Virus record (IMG/VR): IMGVR_UViG_3300027621_000003
Location: 230,915-294,914 of that record
Reading direction: 5' to 3' (one strand)
DNA length: 64,000 bases
The notes beneath the pieces are model-generated. The model was not told the origin of the DNA. It saw nothing but the letters and a program-made list of their open reading frames with translations, and did not search any database. Both the position numbers and the translations under genes were made by a program. Position 1 is the first letter of the stretch. Each line of letters begins with the position of its first letter. Of this stretch, positions 44,852 through 54,310 are shown one piece after another.

Positions 44852-45427
44852 TTATTTTATTATTTTTACAGGACAACCAACATAAACTCCATGTTGTTCA
44901 ATATTTTTAACAACCGCACTATTCATACCAATAGTTGTTAAACTATGTACTGATAATTTTTCACGTATTGACGAATTATTTCCCATATAAACTAAATCAT
45001 AAATGGTAACATTACCTGAAACTATTGCACCTGGCATTGCACTGAAATAAGAACCTATCATACTATCATGTCCAATATGATTACCTCGATTCAAAATTGC
45101 ATGTTTACCAATTTTAATATTTGTGGTCAATATTGAATAGGCACCAATAAAACTCCCCTCACCAATTTCAATATTCTCCATCAACAATGCTGTTGGGTGA
45201 ATAAATGTAAAAAATTGTGTTTCTTTTGGTAGTCTTTGTACGATATCATATCTATCTTTTGAGTCCGCAACAGCAACCATTGCAACGTGTTTTGTTGGGT
45301 CAAATTTTGATAAAGGTAATGTCTCATCATCAACATATTTGTCGTCAACAAACCTAAGTAAATTAACCCCCATTTGGGCCATTACTTCTCTTGCATGTCC
45401 ACCATTACCAATTAAAACTTTTTTCAT
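44852..45427 (-). CDS. NeuD/PglD-family sugar acetyltransferase
   Basis: IGNGGHAREV, FIHPTA, HIGHD, left-handed beta-helix repeats. Confidence 0.9.
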   Translation of the reverse strand: MKKVLIGNGGHAREVMAQMGVNLLRFVDDKYVDDETLPLSKFDPTKHVAMVAVADSKDRYDIVQRLPKETQFFTFIHPTALLMENIEIGEGSFIGAYSILTTNIKIGKHAILNRGNHIGHDSMIGSYFSAMPGAIVSGNVTIYDLVYMGNNSSIREKLSVHSLTTIGMNSAVVKNIEQHGVYVGCPVKIIK

Positions 45428-46068
45428 TTTTTGTATATTTCATATTTTGATAAGTCGGGATAAGGTAATTCTAAATCCGTATTATGTTTTTTTGACCCAT
45501 CTAAATTATAAAATTGGGTCATCATCAATAATCCTCTCGCTGCGAGTTCTGGCATCATATAAAAATTCCAACCCAACATATCAAAATTATCATCATGATA
45601 TGAACACTCTCTTCTTCCACTAAATCTTGCTCTTTTAAACCATAACATTGCCTGATAATCATCGGTAATAATAGCTCCACCTTTACTTAATTTTAAAGTT
45701 TTATATGGACCTGTAAATGAAAGACACATATGAGACTTTGAGATATACATATCAGCAGTAAATCTTAAAGCAGAATCCCAAACATTACTTGGTGATAGTT
45801 GATAAGCCCCCTTAATTGTTTCACCTTCAACAGGTGTAAAATTAACTTTTAATCCCGCATGAATAATTTCACAAGGAACTGATGGATACGTCTTTGATGG
45901 ACAATCTACTTTATCCGATGTTAAACTTTGTTTTATGTTCTTTTCATAATATAATGCTAAAAACAAAGCGTTACTCATATTGTCTAATGCAATTGCGTAA
46001 GGTGCTCCTGTGTAATCACACAATGCTCTTTCAAAATCTTCTGTTATTTTATGTACTCCTTGTGCCAT
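45424..46068 (-). CDS. DegT/DnrJ/EryC1/StrS PLP-dependent sugar aminotransferase (short form)
   Basis: VWDSA, LSFTGPYKTL (catalytic Lys), GGAIITDD, GWNFYM; only 214 aa. Confidence 0.8.
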   Translation of the reverse strand: MAQGVHKITEDFERALCDYTGAPYAIALDNMSNALFLALYYEKNIKQSLTSDKVDCPSKTYPSVPCEIIHAGLKVNFTPVEGETIKGAYQLSPSNVWDSALRFTADMYISKSHMCLSFTGPYKTLKLSKGGAIITDDYQAMLWFKRARFSGRRECSYHDDNFDMLGWNFYMMPELAARGLLMMTQFYNLDGSKKHNTDLELPYPDLSKYEIYKK

Positions 46069-46069
46069 A

Positions 46070-47899
46070 TTAAATTAATTTAAGATATTTTTTAATTTTA
46101 TCAACATCATTGTGTAAAGGTACTAATGACAATATAAGTGATTTTGTAATAATTTTTATCTTCTCAAAATCATCACCAACTTGTGTTTTAAAATACTCCA
46201 ACATCATATTCTTATATGATTTTTTTATTTTTTTATCCATCAATATTTCATCATACCCAATCAAAGATTGGTATATTTTGGCATAATCATAAAGATATAA
46301 CCCATAACAAGTTTTTTTATCCCCAACCATACCTCTAACATCCACAAACTTTATATCCTCACTCTCACTTAACATAATATTACTAAAAACACAATCACCA
46401 TGTATCATAACATTTTTATACCCCTGAGACTCAATTTTAATTAACTCTTTTTCAATTTGTAATACCTGATTATCTGTAATACCATATGATTTATAATCAT
46501 ACATCTTAACCCTTTCCACAAATTTTTTACTTAAGTTTGGATAATCAAAATGAGTTTCATCACTTTCAAGGTTACTATGTAATAATTTAATTTTTTTCAT
46601 CAATAATTGAAGGTGTTCGATGGTTAAAATATTATTAACATACATTGTACTAAAATTGATACCTTGTATCATTTCCAATTCCACACTATTATCAGAATAT
46701 GTTAACATTTTTGGAAATAACTTTTTAATTTCTTCAGTTCCATTATCCACAACCCATTTATAATATTCTATTTCACCTTGTAACTTTATGTCATCGGATT
46801 CTTTAATAAAAGTCTTCCCAATTTTAACTTCATTAAAATGTCTTGGTGTCACATCTTCCATATAAAACCCTAAAGTTTTATTTAAATCTGTCTTTGGGTT
46901 TACCATTAAATCATCAATATAAAAATGAGCGTATGGTTTTCCAAAATAAATTTCATCATAAGGTATGTTATACTTTTCTAAAGTATCTATAGTAATCTTA
47001 CCAATATCTGCAATAACAGCACCCACATTACCACCATGTGTTCTCATTCTTCTAGCAGTATAAATTATAATCGTATGACCCTTTTCTTTAAGTTTTTTTA
47101 AATAATTGATTGTGTCATAAATTGGTTCAACAGTTGTATAATCACCATCAACTTTTGGATATGTTACCAATGTATTATCTAAATCAAAACAAAATCTTTT
47201 CTTAGATATCTCATATGTTTTTGAAAACTGAATAATTTGTTGTGGTGTTCCTAACACATAAAAATCATTAACTTTAATTGGTATAAATTGTTCACCATTT
47301 TCAATCATTTTACTAATAACTTGAGAGGTGTATAATTCTTTTTCAACATCAAAACCTATTTCAAGTATTTGTTTTTTTAACTTTTCAGAATCCTGAAACA
47401 CATAACATCCACTGTTAGCATTATTTGAAATTTTAATCTTTTCTTTAATGTTTGTAATAATATTATCTTTGATTTGAATATACGAATATATTGGATTTGG
47501 GTTTTTTGAATCAAAGTATAAAACTGAATTTCCCTCAATTTTTTGTATTTTTTCTATTATATTCTCATCATACCATGTATCTCCATCTAACACAACAATT
47601 TTACCGTTAATATTAAAATAATCTAATCCTTTTAATATTGTTTCGGAGGCTCCTTTTGTGTCAGGAATTGGAGTTAATTTAATATTTGGGTACTTTGAGT
47701 TAATAATCTCACTAAAATTATAATACTCCAAACATTCATTATATGGGATATATATACTGTCCTGGTCACTAACATCTAAGGAATCTAACAACCAAAATAT
47801 TATTTCTTTACCCAAAACTTTAATCAAAGGTTTTGGCATATGGTACCCATAATCACTGAATCGTTTTCCAATACCGCCTAAAGGAATTAATATATTCAT
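46070..47899 (-). CDS. Three-domain fusion: nucleotidyltransferase + HAD phosphatase + APH/choline-kinase-like kinase
   Basis: GGIGKRF..PKPL; FDLDNTL..YTARRM..GKP..YIDD; IHGDCVFSN..FVDVRG. Confidence 0.8.
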   Translation of the reverse strand: MNILIPLGGIGKRFSDYGYHMPKPLIKVLGKEIIFWLLDSLDVSDQDSIYIPYNECLEYYNFSEIINSKYPNIKLTPIPDTKGASETILKGLDYFNINGKIVVLDGDTWYDENIIEKIQKIEGNSVLYFDSKNPNPIYSYIQIKDNIITNIKEKIKISNNANSGCYVFQDSEKLKKQILEIGFDVEKELYTSQVISKMIENGEQFIPIKVNDFYVLGTPQQIIQFSKTYEISKKRFCFDLDNTLVTYPKVDGDYTTVEPIYDTINYLKKLKEKGHTIIIYTARRMRTHGGNVGAVIADIGKITIDTLEKYNIPYDEIYFGKPYAHFYIDDLMVNPKTDLNKTLGFYMEDVTPRHFNEVKIGKTFIKESDDIKLQGEIEYYKWVVDNGTEEIKKLFPKMLTYSDNSVELEMIQGINFSTMYVNNILTIEHLQLLMKKIKLLHSNLESDETHFDYPNLSKKFVERVKMYDYKSYGITDNQVLQIEKELIKIESQGYKNVMIHGDCVFSNIMLSESEDIKFVDVRGMVGDKKTCYGLYLYDYAKIYQSLIGYDEILMDKKIKKSYKNMMLEYFKTQVGDDFEKIKIITKSLILSLVPLHNDVDKIKKYLKLI

Positions 47900-48978
47900 T
47901 TTAATATAAATCTATCTTTAATTAATTCAAAATTATCATTATTAACTTTTTTAAGGTAAACATTTGAACCGTCTTTATGTGTAACTTTTGACATGAATAT
48001 CATGTTGTTAGTTCTATCAATAATCTCATAACACCAAAACCCTTGTTTTAATTCAACATGTTTATAATATCCCGTATTAGACACAACATCAACCTCCGCC
48101 ATGTCGTAATCCCTATTTAAATAAAAAATAACAAGTTTAGTTGGGTCTGTCTTGTGTCCTTGACCAATATCCAATTTACATATTTTTGGAATATCTTTCC
48201 ATTTGTCTGTCCATTCACCCGAAGATGATATTCGGTCAAATTGTGATTTTGTAAATTTATTTCTAATTGGTCCTTCATATATTTTACCAAAAACATTTTC
48301 ATTTGAATTGTATTGAAATATCATTGATAATACATACTCAGCCCATTTACCCGAATATCCTATCTCACGACATAAGTTCCAATATTCTTCATCATTTTTA
48401 ACAAATGAAAAATCACCTATTGTTTTATTTGAATATCCACAAAAATGAACATCAATTAACGATTGGTGTTGACCCGCCCATTTACCTTCTTTTCTTTTTC
48501 CGTAAATCAAATAATCTTCAGTTTCAAAAGTATTCAAATCATTTAAGACCTCACTAAATTCTTCGTTATCAAATAACATGTCGTATTCAATCCTAAAAAC
48601 TTTTGAATACCCTTCTTTATTTGCCTCTTGAAGTCCGTATATGAATCCATTATATACATTTGCCACATGGTCAGAAACACCAATAAATGGCATCCAATTT
48701 TCTAAAACACCACTTTCAATTTCATAATAAACATATGGTTTATTATATAGATTTGAATTTATAATTTCTTCAGGTGGATAACCAACCATAAAACCATCAA
48801 GATATTCTCTATAAAAATCAACTTGGTCATCAATTCCCCAAGAATTACCAAACTTATTAATTAACATTATTTTACGAGACCCATCCAACTTTCTAAGTTG
48901 TTGAATCAACTCTAAGGTTACATCCGCTTTATCTTTAGATGATAAATAACCATCAATGACATATAATATATTACTCAT
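47896..48978 (-). CDS. Putative glycosyltransferase-like protein with C-terminal beta module
   Basis: RIEYDML DxD-like motif; inside the glycan cluster. Confidence 0.45.
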   Translation of the reverse strand: MSNILYVIDGYLSSKDKADVTLELIQQLRKLDGSRKIMLINKFGNSWGIDDQVDFYREYLDGFMVGYPPEEIINSNLYNKPYVYYEIESGVLENWMPFIGVSDHVANVYNGFIYGLQEANKEGYSKVFRIEYDMLFDNEEFSEVLNDLNTFETEDYLIYGKRKEGKWAGQHQSLIDVHFCGYSNKTIGDFSFVKNDEEYWNLCREIGYSGKWAEYVLSMIFQYNSNENVFGKIYEGPIRNKFTKSQFDRISSSGEWTDKWKDIPKICKLDIGQGHKTDPTKLVIFYLNRDYDMAEVDVVSNTGYYKHVELKQGFWCYEIIDRTNNMIFMSKVTHKDGSNVYLKKVNNDNFELIKDRFILK

Positions 48979-49927
48979 ATTGAAAATTCTGATTTTTTGC
49001 AAAAATGGCTCCTACATTATTTGAATTATGTAAGAAAAATTCTTTAGTAATTTCAAATCCGTTTTGAATTAATTTTTCAGTTATTTGATTTCTAATTTCA
49101 ATAGTATGAAATTCCAAAGATATTTTTTTTATTTTTTTTAGACTGTGTTCTTGAATTGTTTTAAAAATGTCTTGTTCCGCCCCCTCACAATCTAATTTTA
49201 AATAATCAATGTGTGATAAGTTAAATAAATCAAAGAGTTTTTCAATATCTATAGTTAAAACATTTGTTTCTAAATTTATATCTTTACCAATAATTTCATT
49301 AAATTTTTTCAAATGAGAACAAGCACTTATTAAATCAGAATAACAAAATGTCATAACCCCATTTTCATCCGAAATTGCCAAATTATAACAACTAACATTT
49401 TCTAAATTTTTTGTATTTTCTAATAAAGTTATGTAGTTTTTAATATCAGGTTCCAAACAAATTATTTTTTTTGGTTTAAATTGGGTTGCATAAACTGAAA
49501 AAAAACCAATATTAGCACCGACATCAACTACAATATCATTTTCACTAATGTTAACAATTTCATCATAATATACGTTGTCATAAAAAATCTCTTTAAAGGT
49601 ATAAAAATTTAATCGATTACTATAGGAACTTTTAAAAACATTATCGTTAATTATTACCAAAGAAGGTTGATTTCCAAAATCAATTTCTAAGTTAATAACA
49701 CCATCAATACTTTCCGCACGAAGAATAGATTTACCTAAATTTGATAAACAACTTACGGGTGCCGCAATCCAATAAGTACACAACTCATCCATATAGTCAT
49801 ATTTTGATTTATAGATTAATGTATTACTATTAATATCAATTAAAGAAATTTCAACCGAACTATTTTTTGTGTCTTTTACTGAAAAATAAACTTTTTCATT
49901 TTCTATTTTTTTAAAATATAATACCAT
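48971..49927 (-). CDS. N-terminal beta module plus FkbM methyltransferase
   Basis: VDVGANIG, LEP, IDYLKLDCEGAE, LEFH. Confidence 0.88.
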   Translation of the reverse strand: MVLYFKKIENEKVYFSVKDTKNSSVEISLIDINSNTLIYKSKYDYMDELCTYWIAAPVSCLSNLGKSILRAESIDGVINLEIDFGNQPSLVIINDNVFKSSYSNRLNFYTFKEIFYDNVYYDEIVNISENDIVVDVGANIGFFSVYATQFKPKKIICLEPDIKNYITLLENTKNLENVSCYNLAISDENGVMTFCYSDLISACSHLKKFNEIIGKDINLETNVLTIDIEKLFDLFNLSHIDYLKLDCEGAEQDIFKTIQEHSLKKIKKISLEFHTIEIRNQITEKLIQNGFEITKEFFLHNSNNVGAIFAKNQNFQYE

Positions 49928-49955
49928 GATTTTATTTAAAGTTTTAATGTTGTGT

Positions 49956-50687
49956 TTAGTCTTGATTATCTATATGAACTATAACTTGATTATAATATTC
50001 AAGAAAATGTTCATTCCATAAATCCCATTTTACATCAATATTGTCTATTGAATAAACTTGATGATTTGGAAATTCTTTAAGATAGGTATCTCTAAAATGT
50101 CTGAATTCTTCAACATAGTTATGATTCTCAAGTCGTAAATGCCATTCCCCAACAATTTTTTTAACATTATTTTTAATATATCCCATATTATCATCATTGA
50201 ATATATGGTATTCCCCACCTTCACAATCTGTTTTAATAAAATCAATTTTATCAACACCAAACAAATCAACAAACGTTTTGAACGTTATCCCTTCCATTTC
50301 GGTTTCTCCACCAAAAAGTTCATCATTTTTAACAATTGAATTTTTATCGGATATACCCTTATTTATATGGGTCACGGGATTTCCAATAGTATTTTTTACT
50401 AATGTTTTAAATTCTCTATAACTTGGTTCAAAACAAAAAACATGTTTTGGTTTTTTATCTAAAATTGAATATGTAAATGGTCCGACACTCGCACCAATAT
50501 CTAATACTATATCCCCTTCTTTAACTTCAAAGAATTTCTCATAACAACTATCAACATAAATTTCTCTGGTAATAGTGTCTTTATGGAATTGTCCCATTTG
50601 TTTATTATTATCATCCCCAAGTATCCGATATACTTCATTTGTCTCATCCATCCAACCCCAATCAAAATTATCAAGTGTTTTTTTCAT
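49956..50687 (-). CDS. FkbM methyltransferase
   Basis: LDIGASVG, FEP, IDFIKTDCEGGE, GEWH. Confidence 0.88.
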   Translation of the reverse strand: MKKTLDNFDWGWMDETNEVYRILGDDNNKQMGQFHKDTITREIYVDSCYEKFFEVKEGDIVLDIGASVGPFTYSILDKKPKHVFCFEPSYREFKTLVKNTIGNPVTHINKGISDKNSIVKNDELFGGETEMEGITFKTFVDLFGVDKIDFIKTDCEGGEYHIFNDDNMGYIKNNVKKIVGEWHLRLENHNYVEEFRHFRDTYLKEFPNHQVYSIDNIDVKWDLWNEHFLEYYNQVIVHIDNQD

Positions 50688-50751
50688 ATACGTGTTTTTA
50701 TAATTGAAATATAGATTATATATAGTATATTTCAATAAACAAAACACAATT

Positions 50752-53043
50752 ATGATGAAAATATTTGCTCACGGTTCTTATGTTGGAAACACAGGTTACA
50801 ATCAACACACAAGGGATTTTTTTAGGCATTTGTCAGAACATGCACAAATTAAATTTAGGAATTTTACTGTGGGTAACACATGGAAAGGATTTAATTCAAC
50901 CCCTCACGATAATGAACCATATATTGATGATGTAGATAAAAAATTATTATACGAACAAATTTTATGGAATGAAGACCGTACTCGTGGTAATCATAAAATG
51001 TATATTGATAATTCAAAAGAATTCTTACCCGATGTTAATATTGTTCTGTCAGAAACAAATCATCATATATTTTATGATACTTATTATGGTCCAAAAATTG
51101 CATATAATGTTTGGGAGTCAACATTACAACCCTTATCATACTTTGAAGAATTAAAGAAATTTGATGAGTTTTGGGTACCATCTAAATGGCAAAAAGAATG
51201 TACCATAAAACAAGGGTACGACCCAGAAAAAATTAAAATAGTTCCTGAGGGTGTTGATATTCATACATTTTTCCCTGAAACTGTCGAACCATTAGATGAA
51301 TACAATGACGGTAGATTTAAATTTTTATTATTTGGTCGATGGGATTATCGTAAATCAACAAAAGAAATAATTGAATGGTTTTTAAAAACATTTTCCGAAG
51401 ACGAACCAGTTGATTTGGTGGTGTCTATTGATAATATGTTTGGAGAACATTTGGACGGATTTAAAACTACTGAAGAAAGATTAGAACATTATGGTTTAAC
51501 AGATAAAAGAATTAAAATTGTACACTTTCCTAAAAGAGAAGACTATATAAAATACCTTAAAACTGGTCATGTATTTGTATCTTGCGCAAGGTCTGAAGGA
51601 TGGAATCTACCATTAATAGAATCAATGGCTTGTGGTACACCTTCAATATATTCTAATTGTTCGGGTCAATTAGAATTTGCAGAAGGTAAAGGATTTCCTG
51701 TTAATGTTTTACATGAAACACTTGCAGACGCTGATTCATATGCAAGATATAAAATGAGTGAATTACCTGGAAATTATTATGAACCTGATTTTAATGAATT
51801 ATCAAAAGTAATGAGATATGTTTATGAAAATTATGATGAGTGTAAAATAAAATCATTAAAAGAATCTGAAGAAATTAGAAATAATTTTAATTGGGAGCAT
51901 GTTGCAGAAATTGGAATCAAAACTTTAAATGATTTTATGGAAAGAAAGCCTTGGTTAAATAAAAAAATTAAAGAAAATAAAATTACCGTAACTTATTTAG
52001 ATGGTCCAAAAGTTGAAATTTCAGGTGATGAAAAAAAAGAATATTTTGTTGAATTTATTAATAAGGATACTGATAAAGTTATACATTCACAAACAATATC
52101 TAATAATATGTGGGTGGCTAGTAATAAAAAATACTACATACCTTGGGTAATTAAAATAAATGGTCAAGTTTATGATGTTTTTGATTTAAAAGATAAATCA
52201 GTAATAATTTCTTTGGAGTCAAAATCATTAGGCGATACAATAGCTTGGTCACCATATGTTGTTGAATTTCAAAAAAAACATAATTGTAAAGTTTATTTTT
52301 CAACTTTTAAAAATGAATTTTTTGAAGATTTAGAGTCTTATAAAAATATTGAATTTATAAAACCTGGCGATTCTCGTAATTGTTACTCCGTTTATAGAAT
52401 TGGTTGGTTTAAAAAAGATAACACTTGGGAAAATTTTGATAATCACCCAAATCAACCTAATCTGATTCCACTACAACAAACGGCATCAGATATTCTTGGT
52501 TTAGAATTTAAAGAATTAAATTTTGGTATTAATTTTAAAAAGAAAGATAGACCAATTAAAAACAAATATGTTGTGTTTGGTCCAAATGCAACTGCGGGTT
52601 GTAAAGAATGGGATTATAATAATTGGGTATCATTGTCTAAATTAATCAAAGAACTTGGTTATGACGTTGTTACATTAACTCAACACCCGTATAACATAGA
52701 AGGTGTTATTAATGTTTGGGGGGAACCTTTAGATGAGGTAGCTAATTATTTATATCACGCAGAAACATTTATTGGGTTAGGTTCAGGTCTATCTTGGTTT
52801 AATTGGGGTTTAGGTAAACACACATATATGATTAATGGTTTTGCTAAATCAGAACACGAATTTACTTCAAATGTAACAAGAGTATATAATGAGGGTGTTT
52901 GTATTTTTTGTTGGAATGACGAAGTGTTTGTTTTTGATAGTGGTGATTGGGATTGGTGTCCTGTTTATAAAGGAACTAAAAAACAACATATTTGTCAAAA
53001 ATCAATAACACCACTAAAAGTTTTTAACATTTTAAATTTATGA
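50752..53043 (+). CDS. GT4 glycosyltransferase fused to AAH/TibC-type O-heptosyltransferase
   Basis: GT4: RKST, EGWNLPLIESMACGTP. AAH part: beta module, SLGDTIAWSPY, CIFCWN...WCP...CQKSITP Cys cluster. Confidence 0.8.
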   Translation: MMKIFAHGSYVGNTGYNQHTRDFFRHLSEHAQIKFRNFTVGNTWKGFNSTPHDNEPYIDDVDKKLLYEQILWNEDRTRGNHKMYIDNSKEFLPDVNIVLSETNHHIFYDTYYGPKIAYNVWESTLQPLSYFEELKKFDEFWVPSKWQKECTIKQGYDPEKIKIVPEGVDIHTFFPETVEPLDEYNDGRFKFLLFGRWDYRKSTKEIIEWFLKTFSEDEPVDLVVSIDNMFGEHLDGFKTTEERLEHYGLTDKRIKIVHFPKREDYIKYLKTGHVFVSCARSEGWNLPLIESMACGTPSIYSNCSGQLEFAEGKGFPVNVLHETLADADSYARYKMSELPGNYYEPDFNELSKVMRYVYENYDECKIKSLKESEEIRNNFNWEHVAEIGIKTLNDFMERKPWLNKKIKENKITVTYLDGPKVEISGDEKKEYFVEFINKDTDKVIHSQTISNNMWVASNKKYYIPWVIKINGQVYDVFDLKDKSVIISLESKSLGDTIAWSPYVVEFQKKHNCKVYFSTFKNEFFEDLESYKNIEFIKPGDSRNCYSVYRIGWFKKDNTWENFDNHPNQPNLIPLQQTASDILGLEFKELNFGINFKKKDRPIKNKYVVFGPNATAGCKEWDYNNWVSLSKLIKELGYDVVTLTQHPYNIEGVINVWGEPLDEVANYLYHAETFIGLGSGLSWFNWGLGKHTYMINGFAKSEHEFTSNVTRVYNEGVCIFCWNDEVFVFDSGDWDWCPVYKGTKKQHICQKSITPLKVFNILNL

Positions 53044-53936
53044 AAAATTGTTTAATCACTTTTAATGACGCATCAACTGGTTTAGGTGATGTAATCGCAT
53101 TAATGCCATATTTAGATAAATTTAGAGTATCCCAAAACCTTGAAATTTATTTTAAAGTAAAGAATATTTTTTTTTCTGAATTATTTAAAAAGACATTTCC
53201 TGAAATAATTTTTATAGATGAAACTGATAATAAAAATTACGACAAAGAAATCATACTTAAACATAAATGGGATAAACCTCTTCAACAAGTTTTTGCTGAA
53301 CAATTAGGATTTATCAATTCTGAATATATTAGACCAAAAGTTGATGATGTTTTAACAGATAGAACTATTAAAAATAAATATATTGTGATTAGTATACAAT
53401 CTACATCCCAACTTAAATATTGGAACCATGTAAATGGTAAACAAGAACAACTCACCTCTAAGAATTGGGATATATTATGTAAAATGTTACGAAAATCAGG
53501 ATATACCCCAATATGTGTTGATAATTATGAAAGTTTTGGAATTCCTAATTTTAGAAATTATGTACCAAAAAGTTGTGTAAAAAAATTAGGTTTACCATTA
53601 AAAGATGTTATGGAAATTATAAAACATTGCGAATTCTTTATTGGATTGTCATCAGGTATTTCTTGGTTAGCACATGCTATGAACAAACCTGTTGCTATGA
53701 TTTCAAATTTTACAGAAGATTGGCACGAATTTGATTTAAATATAAATGATTATAAAAGAATAATAAATAAAAGTGTATGTCATGGTTGTTGGAATATTGT
53801 TGGTAAAGAATTTGATTTTGAATACGATGATTGGTATTGGTGTCCCAAGCATAAGGACACACCAAGGCAATTTGAATGTCATACATCAATAACACCTGAA
53901 ATGGTATATGAAGAAATTAAAGATTGGTTATTATGA
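53040..53936 (+). CDS. AAH/TibC-type O-heptosyltransferase (GT9-like)
   Basis: GLGDVIA, LKYWN, FIGLSSGISWLA, CHGCWN...WCPKHKDTPRQFECHTSITP. Confidence 0.85.
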   Translation: MKNCLITFNDASTGLGDVIALMPYLDKFRVSQNLEIYFKVKNIFFSELFKKTFPEIIFIDETDNKNYDKEIILKHKWDKPLQQVFAEQLGFINSEYIRPKVDDVLTDRTIKNKYIVISIQSTSQLKYWNHVNGKQEQLTSKNWDILCKMLRKSGYTPICVDNYESFGIPNFRNYVPKSCVKKLGLPLKDVMEIIKHCEFFIGLSSGISWLAHAMNKPVAMISNFTEDWHEFDLNINDYKRIINKSVCHGCWNIVGKEFDFEYDDWYWCPKHKDTPRQFECHTSITPEMVYEEIKDWLL

Positions 53937-54310
53937 ATATAGAAGTATCACACGGGGAGATTGTTGATAAGTTAACAATCCTTCAAATTAAAAAAGAAAA
54001 CATTACTGACCCAATTAAATTGGATAATATTGTAAAAGAATATAACTATCTTTTATCTGTAGTTGAGAATGATTTGGGAATTTCAACTGAATCTCCTGAG
54101 TATTTGGAACTATTATCTATTAACAAAGAACTTTGGGTTATTGAAGATGATATTAGAGATAAAGAAAGAGTTAAAGAATTTGATGAGGATTTTGTTAAAT
54201 TGGCACGTTCGGTTTATTACACAAACGATGTTCGTGCTAAAATTAAAAAAGAAATTAATTTGAAATATTCTTCAGGATTTGTTGAAGAAAAATCATACCA
54301 ATCTTACTGA
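53933..54310 (+). CDS. DUF6165-like protein
   Basis: GEIVDKLTILQIK, INKELWVIEDDIR, LARSVYYTNDVRA, EEKSY. Confidence 0.75.
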   Translation: MNIEVSHGEIVDKLTILQIKKENITDPIKLDNIVKEYNYLLSVVENDLGISTESPEYLELLSINKELWVIEDDIRDKERVKEFDEDFVKLARSVYYTNDVRAKIKKEINLKYSSGFVEEKSYQSY

